NCBI GenBank assembly: GCA_964035545.1
Contig: OZ037767.1
Location: forward strand, 8,504,581-8,568,580
Origin: Bugula neritina
Taxonomy: Eukaryota > Animalia > Bryozoa
Reading direction: 5' to 3'
DNA: 64,000 nt
A model generated the notes under the pieces. It was given only the letters and a program-made list of their open reading frames with translations. It did no database searches and was not told where the DNA came from. Both the position numbers and the translations under genes were made by a program. Each line of letters starts with the position of its first letter. The first letter of the stretch is position 1. Below are positions 54,601 through 64,000 of this stretch, in pieces.

Positions 54601-57600
54601 CCAATAGACCACACCTTTACATAAGGGACCACACTTCTACCCACTAAACTACAAATCTTTGTACTAGACTCCACTTTCACCTACTAGATCACAGATTTAC
54701 TTACTGGAGTACACCTCTCCTTGCTAGACTTGGGCTATTCTCACATATATTTTGTTACTAAAATTGCGCTCAAATAATACCGTGCTGTTTTAGCAATCAC
54801 CGGCATTGCTAAGTAGATCAAATCTAATTTTATTATGCATATAAAATCAAATTTTTTGCTCACATATTATTCTTTGGTACTGAGCAGGATTCTGACAATG
54901 ACAGCAGTCTTCAGCTGGTAGCTGTCTTTAGTGACAGTCACGTAGCACGCGTATCTACATCCCGTACAAACACTATTCTTACCTCCTTCAACACTCATAG
55001 TAAACTTCCACGAATAGGAATGACTCTTACAACACCACATAAAGGTCGTGTCGAGGTCAGTGGACGCTGCGGTAGTTTATCAGTTGCTGTTTTATACGAA
55101 CTCAGATGTTGAATCTTAGGCAAGTTTATTCAAAGGGCATATGACATTAAAATATTAGTTGGTAAGGTAGAGATTTTGCTTCTTGCAGTGATGTTTATCA
55201 GGATGTTTTCTAGAAAGTGCTGGAAAAAGATCAAGTGTCTTGCGCTGGTCTATTGAATGAAGGTCAAGGAAAGTGTTTGCTTCTAGTTGGAACTCACTCT
55301 GGTTCCATCATAGTCTGGGATACTAACACTTACTCCATTGTCAATGTGTAAGTTGACATGGGAGATCCTGTGTGTAGTGGTTTAGCTGCTATTTATAGCA
55401 TAGTCTGCTGCTATCACTTTGCTGAAAAATACAACTTTATACTTTTTATTAAACTGCCTTATATAACTTGCTATATGAGCATTGTATAAATTTTATAGAG
55501 CTAGACTTTGAGAAGACAACTTCTATATGCTTCAGTTTGATTTAAATTATATTATTAATATACTTGGATCTACTACCAAGCTATTATATATATGGCTATG
55601 CTCTCTATACAACTTTATATGCACGCATCTCTGATTATCATTCAGATGCAAGCCCCCAACTGTGTGTACTGGATTGCACTCAGATATCCTCAACTCTCAA
55701 CTTGTCAAAACTGTTCATGCTGTCGGTGCCATACAATATTCCAAAGAGAGTCTTCAACCGGTTAATCATAAGTAAGATTCTTTCACTGCCTGCACAAATA
55801 GTGCGATTGCCTGTCCTGGTTTAGTCTCTTAAACTATAAAGCTATTTGTGCCTAGCTTACAGTACTTACTTTTAGTGTGCTAACATGCAAGACTTTTTAC
55901 TATTTTGGCAGAACTTGGCATGTTTAAGTCATTTAGTGTTTGCACCTGAGCTTCAAGTATGACTTGCAAGGATTTGCCAGTCATCCAATGGCTATAATTT
56001 GATAATAATCTGACTTTTATTTTCTAATTTTGATAAAAACCTCCTTCAGTACTTCAATGCCTAATATCTTGAAAAATTTTGTTGGTGCACCTGAAATTTT
56101 GTGCTTGCTGTTCAGTAAATTACAAAATAACACAAATCAACTCTTCGTATTTGGTGCAACTTGTCGACCAAAAGTATTGCTCAGCAATGTAAATGTAGAC
56201 TTATGTATAAACAGTTAAACTTTACCATCAACACTGTGTTGTTAGGTGATGAAATGTCAATTAAAACTTGAAGTATATTTTTTTTGATTAAAGATATTTT
56301 TTTGTTATTTTGCATATTCAAGGACTGATTTCAAGTTTGAAGGAATAAAAAACCAACTTTTAGGAGATGTGGAGACAGATGAAAACAAAGGTCTGGCTTA
56401 ATTTTCATAAATTGGTTTAAAATTTCCAATTGGTGCAATGCACTAAAATGTTTACTTGTTTATGTTTATATTGTTAAAACGTGAGTTATTTAGTTATGGT
56501 TAGATAAACAAAAGAAGTCAGTGGCTAGATACAGAAATATCACCCCTGAGTTGCTGAATCTGTAAGATAAGAAATGCTGTCTTTTTAGAAGGTTTTCATC
56601 GATCTGTCATCATATCTATCCATGAAGATGCTGGTATTAGACTATGGAGCACTTCTGGCAAAATGCTGTGTCAGACTGTTGCTATGACACGTAGAACAGG
56701 TGTTGCAGTCACAGCTTACAACACTGACATCAGTTGCAAGGTGCTTTATACAGGTGAGAATCAGCTTGTAGTTATAACCCTTTTTATAAATACTGCTTTT
56801 TTATTTTAAATTGCATGCGTTTTATACAAAATCTATATGGTAGTTTTTATTATTTCTCTTTTTATATTAACAAACTAGATGCAAGTGCTTGTTTAGTGAT
56901 TTTTTGAATTCGAACAACTAAGTTTAAAAATCGGCATATTGAACTTGCACATTAAACCAGGAGAAATAAATTCAATATAAGAAGTAGGTAACATGAACAT
57001 AATTGCACATCTATGACAAATTGTTACCTAGTTTTTTCCATGCGATTTTTAAGAAATATGATGTTTATATCCTAGATTTAGTTTATTTGAGAACCTTGAC
57101 CTGTTACTCACATGTTTGCCTTTATTATGGGAAATATGTCTAATTTTTTACACAGGTGATCAGCTGGGGTATATTACCGCATGGAGGATACAAGACTTTC
57201 TAGAAGGTTCTGATGACACCATCCAGCAGGTTGTTTCATGGAGAGGTCACACTAGTAGAATCACGTCTATACATGTTCTCCCTCACAAACAAAACCTTCT
57301 AGTCTACTCAGCCAGTGTCGATGGTTCTATTAGGTCAGTCGCTACACCATGACTCTGGAAATGCCTCAATAACATGTGTTTATTGGGTGTTTTTCGTGTT
57401 TTCATTATGTTCACTTTTTTGTCACTTTTAATTCTATGCAGTATAAAATGGAAAATAACTAGATGGCTCAGTAAAAGTAGAACTTGATTTTTTAGTATGC
57501 TCGATGTTCAACGAACGTTTTACAGCAGCAAAATTTTAGGTTGTCATTTAATTGTATCTCTAAAACAAAAGATACACTTTGGTTGACAGTGAAGTCATTT

Positions 57601-59003
57601 TTACAATAGAAATTTACATTTCTCACCATTTGTTCTCATTACATGTTTTCTGAGTTTACATTTCTCAAACAGCTTTTTCTCGTATATTGTGTTTACTATT
57701 AATAGTATTTTCTACTTTAGGATTTGGTTTGATCAGACCTGTAGGTACCTGGGTTACATGGGCCAAGGCAGACCGATTCTCATACCATCTAACGCCAGTC
57801 TAATCAACGGCACAGTTACGCCTCAGTTCCCTTGCGACATCAAAGAGCTTCCTCTTTTCTCTTCACTCAAGTTTGCTAAACCCAACAAATCTAAAGACAC
57901 TATCCTGAAGGTTCCCCTTGTAACCAAGCAAAGCAGGTAAATATCAAACATAGGTGTAGTATTGAGGAACTTGAAGGATATTTGTAATAAAATATTAAAG
58001 CTGAATGCTGTAGAAATGATGTTTCAAAACTTCTTTATTTGTTCAATGAATTTTAGGGTTCGTGCTGGGTTACAGTTGCTGCATAGAATAAGATACTGTA
58101 ACTATCAATGAGATAATTGTCACAGAATGATTATAAGTAGTAAAAAAAGATGTTAGTTAAGTTGAAACACCCAATGTGTTTTCTAGAAACATCCCTGCAG
58201 TGCGACACACAGCTGAAGGCAGTTTACAGCATCACGTTATAACTGAATCGACTAACCAGCAGTCACATGACATCCAGCCAATCACAGGCAGCAACACAAA
58301 GTACTTCCGATCACTCATGAAGCCTCGACAATACAACAGTCATTTGACTCCAGAGCAGTTGCAGATATCGGACATCAAGAATTGTCTTACCTCTGGATTT
58401 GTTTTTCGGACCCTTCCTGTTTACAGAGTATGTTCGAAGATTGGATGATTTTCACTTCTTCTTTATGTACAGTTATTTATTTAGTATTGTGGAGATATTA
58501 ATAAATAATACAAATTAAATTAAAGTTTTCATTTGTATTGACCAGTAATTTAGACTTTGTATACACATTTTTTAAAACTGAAATTTAATTACAGATATCC
58601 ACACCACAAAAAGTGTTACGTCCGATAAACTTAGCACAAAGTGTTGGTAGTGTGACTCATACAGCAGTTCACAGATCTCCAGGTGCAAAGTTCACTCTGA
58701 AGGTATATTACAGCAGCACTATGTTCACTCTATTGTTCATACTAATAACTCTATAAACAGCTGTAATAGTGCACCATATACATTATATATTATCAAGCTA
58801 TAAAATATTTCAGGTCAATTTACAGCGGCAAAATGTATCTATTGTTGATATTATGATTATCATTAAATTGATAATAATATACATGTTATGTAAAATATTA
58901 TTTCTATAAAGTTTTTACACTAAGGTTACGGTTAAGTATTAACATGGGCTATAGCATATACTAACTGGTTTGTTATATTTTGTAGGATGGAAAGAAAGTT
59001 TGA
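48613..59003 (+). CDS. WDR64: WD repeat-containing protein 64-like (EF-hand-like N-terminus plus WD40 repeats)
   Basis: About 22 in-frame exons (48613-~48762, 49198-49328, 49547-49768, 50740-50880, 51051-51274, 51599-51742, 51908-52041, 52502-52630, 52821-52906, 53201-53290, 53571-53755, 54037-54230, 54888-55055, 55213-55347, 55648-55770, 56322-56390, 56589-56753, 57156-57332, 57721-57936, 58187-58427, 58594-58701, 58986-59003; approximate). KDLKTMFRKISNNPDAKIDWCELFGY resembles WDR64 as recalled; WD motifs ATAGSDKIIRIW, GKLIGHLFTV, LATGAIDGSLKIWD, SWRGH. Confidence 0.85.
54262..54560. repeat. 20-bp minisatellite (TATCTACTAGACCACACCTC), ~15 copies, decaying to ~54720
   Basis: Visible tandem array in a WDR64 intron. 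Confidence 0.95.
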
Positions 59004-60795
59004 TATAGTTCGAGCTCTGTGAATGCTCATGTTTTGTGGATATATATACCCTTGTGACAAATCTGCCATATAGTTACTCAAGCCAACTACAGTCCTCCAT
59101 CATGTCATGTGACATTCTAGTAACATGCAACAGTCATCTATGTAATAGTCATTTATGCGACATCTAGTGTCACGTGACGTCTGGTGCCCTGTAGTATCTA
59201 GTGCCTTTGCAGCAGCTAATGCAGTATGATGTCTTGTAGTATGTGACACTCAGTGTCATTCAGGAATCTGAGAAAGTGGAAACCCATGTATATAAAACTC
59301 AACTTTGTCTGTGTTTGCGGACATATAGCAATGTACCATACTATTTTATCTAAATAATTTCTTAGCCAGTAGCTAAAATTATGCAGGTAAATGTCGAAAG
59401 GAAAAATTATGTTTTTAATAACAAGCAGGCAGTAAAGGCAGTAAACCTTTAGACTTTGACTGTAATAAGTTAACCTGATGCCATCCTTTATTGGCATCTG
59501 TTGTCATGGCATTCAATGGACACTTATCTACATCATATTATGTACTCGTAATACTCATGTACACATAACTCAGCTGTATAATTCTGGGACATTCATTTGT
59601 TTTTCTGGTAGAGCAGCTCCTTACTCTGTGAACTTATAATCTCTATATGAAAAGAGTGATCCTCGAGATAAAATATTCAAACAAAAAACCCTCTTTCAAG
59701 AGAATTATGAAGCCACACAGTAGGATTCTAGCGTTGTGCATTTTAGCTTGTTTCTAGCTGCCCAAACTCTAAATGTTTCTGCTCTAAAACTCATTCTAGG
59801 CGCTTCTGTGCCACTTTAAACTGCATTTCATGTTCCACATTTTACATGGAATACAGAATTGCCAACATATGTGAATGCGTATGCCTATCAATCGTCCAAT
59901 TGTTAACTTGTGGAGATATAAAACGATCTTAGTTTTTAATGTCTAAAGGCCTAGCAGGAAATATTCATGTTAAGTGATGTTTTATTACAGAAAAAGCCCT
60001 GCCAACACGAGATATTTCAATAAATGTCACTTTAACAGAATAACGATGCAAGAGCTACAACAGAGCTACAACATTGCTCAATGTAAAAATTGGTAAATAT
60101 ATAAATTTATCAAAATATAGTAATGAATGTGTTAGAATTGCAGTGAACATTCTAAAATTGTAGAAATATCAATAAAAAGGAAGTGTTATCTTAAAAATAA
60201 AATACATATATATCAATATTTCATAAATGCAAATAACTACAATAAATATGTCTGTCATTGTAGAAGAAAAAATTCATATAAAACTTGTATGTATTAGTAA
60301 TAGACATTGCTTAGTAAAATAAAATACAAATTTCTCATCATATATCAATGTATTGCAACATATATATTATTTACACAGCACTATAATATGTTTACTAGAT
60401 ATGTACAAGTGTGCCTTAATATTTTCGATAATAAGAAAACAGTTAAAAGGATAGCAAAGAGAGCCAGGCAGCTATTAGTAGGTGCGACTACTGCATGCCA
60501 CTCTCTCTGAACACTTTTGAAAGAAACCAAACTAAATATGTGAGCTACTGATTCTGTAAGTGTGATATACCAGCTGTATAACTATCCCAGATATATAAAC
60601 ACTACACAAACTACATTATAGTGCAAACTAACTAAGCTGCATCTAAAATCCATAAAAGCCAGACTTGCAAGAAGTATATAGATATATTTACACCAATGAA
60701 AATATTATTTACACCCTATTACTGAGAACATTGCAGCATTTACACTAGCTGTAGGTATACACTAGCTGTAGGTACACTAACTGCAAGTCATTCCC

Positions 60796-63452
60796 CTAAA
60801 TGTCCAGATTTATTTTCTCCTCATCGCCTGTATCGGCGTCTTCCTCAGCTATTGGATCAAACTTTGAAGGTGCGCTAACGGAAAAAGTGAGAAGAGGATG
60901 GGAACGGTTAGTAGACCCATTGACCTCTAAAATAAAAAGTCACGGTGATGAAAGTCAATGTGTAAAAAGGTATTGCAACCGAAAACTAGGAGAGATTATA
61001 ATATAGCATAATAAGTATTAACTGTATTAGTAATAACATGTCAAAATGATTAAACACCCACATAGCAAACCAACACTGTTGCCTTTTGTCAGTGTGAGCT
61101 TATTCTTTAGTTAATTCAACACAATCACACAACAAAATATCGTTTCCAGGTCAACCCACACTGAAGCTATTAAAATAGGATGAGCAAACACCATGCCATT
61201 ATGAAGTCAGCCGTAATGAGTATTGGTAAAAAGCTAGTCTACCAGTGTATCAGTTCACAACATTATATCAACTGCTAAACACCATTTAGTAGAGCTTAGC
61301 ACAACAGGAGTGAGTAGGCATATTATACCATATTCTGTAAGATATTATATAATATTCTGTAAGATATTCGTTCAAAGGCTTACCAGGATATACACCATTA
61401 ATCTAAATCTGAAAGAAAGGAAAAGTTTTATTGCTGAAGCTAAAGAGTAGTTAATTTAAAGTTCATTTGTCTACAAGCAGAGAAACACCAATATTATCAG
61501 TTCAGTGATGGTTGAGATCAAATCCCTTTAGGAAAAGGTCAGCAGCTATCAAGTTCCTACTGACACACCTTCAGCTGAGTCAGCCTCAACTGCTGCTTCT
61601 TCAGCCACAGCCAATGAGTTGAAAGCTTTCAACAATTCTTTCTCTTTCTGTAGAACCTGCTGTTCACACATATCCTTCAGTCTCTGCTCTTCCTCGGAGA
61701 CGTGCGTCTGCAACTCCTCCAGCCTCTGTTTCATGTTCTCATCTAATATCTTCTTACTGGTAACAACTACCTCGTCCTTTAGCTGAAAGGAAAACATGAA
61801 CACTAGAGTATAATATGTGTATATTACTCACTGACACTAGAGTACATGTGTATATTACTCACTCACACTAGAGTATATGTGTATATTACTCACTCACATT
61901 AGAGTATAATATGTGTATATTACTCACTCACATTAGAGTATAATATGTGTATATTACTCACTCACATTAGAGTATAATATGTGTATATTACTCACTCACA
62001 TTAGAGTATAATATGTGTATATTACTCACTCACACTAGAGTATATGTGTATATTACTCACTCACATTAGAGTATAATATGTGTATATTACTCACTCACAC
62101 TAGAGTATATGTGTATATTACTCACTCACACTAGAGTATATGTGTATATTACTCACTCACACTAGAGTATATGTGTATATTACTCACCCACTCACACAGT
62201 TGAACACTAGAGGATATATGCTTCTTTTGGAATTCCCTCTTCATTCTACAAACCAGAAAACATCTTAGTACAAGTTAGAAAGCAAGTCTGCTAATCATTG
62301 TTACAATTGTCACTACACTACTAACCATACAGTGCTCCCTCCGTATCTCACTAAACTTATCTCCATTCAACGTGAATACCAAATTTAACTCACGGATCCG
62401 TTAAATTATTCGGCCATTTTGTCACTATACACGCATACATAAGCCATAAACTGGAGGTCCAAGCCCTGCTCATGACCTATGGAATATGGAGGGAGCACTG
62501 CATTAGATTAGGTGACAGGAAATCTTCACCTGGCTAACTCATGTCTATCTTTATGTTTCTGCTGCAGCTCCTTGACTTTATATTTACGCTTGGAATGCAT
62601 GAGACTCAACATCTGAGCCTTCTGCTTGTCGTGGAGCTTGTCTATACGGTGTTGCTTATCAACGTGATGTCTCTCCACTACCAGCACCGAACACTCGTGC
62701 AATGGCTGACGATACCGCAACTTAACTTCTAACTGCTCATCATAGAACTTCTTGTAGACATCTAGATGCATGTTTATGTGTTGCTTTTCCGTATCCTTCA
62801 ACTACAATGCCAAAAACATCAGCGGTGTGAAGATGTAAAATACATAACAAAAAATTACAGTAAAAAGGTGTGGCTAGTTGATGAGCAACATCACTAATCA
62901 GCAGTGAGTAAATTTTTTGTTAATTTCTCAATAGGTTATATAAGGTTATATAAGCAGCTGAGTTGGGGGTTCAATAAATCCCCAACTCTGAACTCAAGAA
63001 CTGCAAACTATTGCACTCAGTCACCCCCGAACTAGGAGCTGCTTGTAGAACCATTCTAATATAAAGACCTGCGGCCTGTGTGAATACCGGTTGCTTTTCC
63101 CGATACACTCAGGAAGTCCCAACTAACGTACCCTTCAACAGCCTATAGTAGCTGAGGCTAGAAACATGTATTGGCGGAAGTCCCGACCAACGTACCCTTC
63201 AAGAGGCTCTAATAATCACAGCTGAGGCTAGAAACATGGTGGATAGAGAAAGTCTACCTGATGGTGGTGCCTCTTCTTTATGTTGGTCAACTCCCAGTTG
63301 GTGGCGTGTCGCATCTGCTTGAATGTGCCGTTCTTTGACGCTGCTCGCAATGACTTGTGTTTCCTCTTTTCAAACTGCTTAATCTCTTTGGCTTGTACTC
63401 TCATCAATCTCTCAACTTCACATTTTTGGACTCTTCTGTGATTTAATATGTT
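60796..63452 (-). CDS. 3' exons of a probable phospholipase C-beta (distal C-terminal coiled-coil domain); gene continues past the right edge
   Basis: In-frame exons 63452-63258, 62801-62530, 62245-62188, 61782-61569, 60926-60796. Basic helical sequence ..KVKELQQKHKDRHELARMKREFQKKHISSSVQ.. resembles the PLC-beta CTD; catalytic domain is not in the window. Confidence 0.6.
61800..62187. repeat. 29-32 bp minisatellite (CACTAGAGTATATGTGTATATTACTCACT), ~12-13 copies
   Basis: Makes up nearly the whole intron 61783-62187. Confidence 0.95.
63107..63238. repeat. ~65-70 bp tandem duplication
   Basis: GGAAGTCCC.AC.AACGTACCCTTCAA...AGCTGAGGCTAGAAACATG occurs twice. Confidence 0.8.
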
Positions 63453-63559
63453 CTGTAATCATCATGAAATATTTTACAATGGTTATTATAATATTATTAA
63501 ATATCCCAACTGCAGTCATACATTAGTACACACGTGTTTGTGCTTGTTCAAAGCCTTCA

Positions 63560-63736
63560 CCCCTGTGAGAACCCCTGGTGGTAAGAGTTCTTATACGCCC
63601 CTCACCATGCTGGTAACATAGAAGAAATTATAACTGGATGATCTTTTTGAGATTAGCAATGACCTGGCCGAGTTTGGAACCCATGACCTGGTGCTTACTA
63701 GACCAGCACTCTAACTACGAGATCACTGCTGCTCCA
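63560..63736 (-). mobile_element. tRNA-derived SINE copy (degenerate)
   Basis: CCCTGTGAGAA tail, ACTGGATG core, CACTCTAAC..GCTGCTCC head in reverse complement. Confidence 0.7.
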
Positions 63737-64000
63737 TAGTACACATGAACAAAAACTGCTAAAAATTGACAGACAAGCGATGTAAGAACACGTTACAAAT
63801 ACAATACTTATATTCTGAAATTTTTAATTTCATTAGCTATTTAAAAATTTAAACTCAAGCCATACCATATTTATCAGCGGAGTTGAAGTTAAAAGAGCCC
63901 CTCCCCCTAGGATGATTTAGTTTACACAAAGTACCAAGTTTTACATTTATAAATCCATTAGAATGATGTTAGGATACCTTAATAAGATGAGGAATCAGTA

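Noticed and set aside
59216-59497. 93-aa ORF between WDR64 and the PLC-beta-like gene
   Set aside because: No recognisable motifs or splice structure; likely 3' UTR or intergenic

Overview
AT-rich, gene-dense animal (invertebrate-like) genomic DNA containing nine intron-containing genes in strictly alternating orientation: CEP152(-, 5' part) | nucleoredoxin-like(+) >< DNAL1(-) | MRPS10(+) >< Fer/Fes tyrosine kinase(-) | MRPL14(+) >< Rab11(-) | WDR64-like(+) >< probable PLC-beta (3' part, -). This gives four head-to-head promoters and four tail-to-tail junctions. Exons were assembled by hand from GT-AG sites and frame continuity; protein identities come from remembered family motifs, not database searches. 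Introns carry CR1-like LINE fragments, a tRNA-derived SINE family, MITEs, minisatellites and a Penelope-type palindrome with a hammerhead ribozyme core. The two most notable observations are (1) Rab11 has two homologous, alternative terminal exons giving different hypervariable tails with CC versus CXC prenylation motifs, and (2) ~0.3-1.2 kb tracts of 3/6-bp-periodic 'hexamer mosaic' DNA with shared motifs flank all four bidirectional promoters and are not evident elsewhere.
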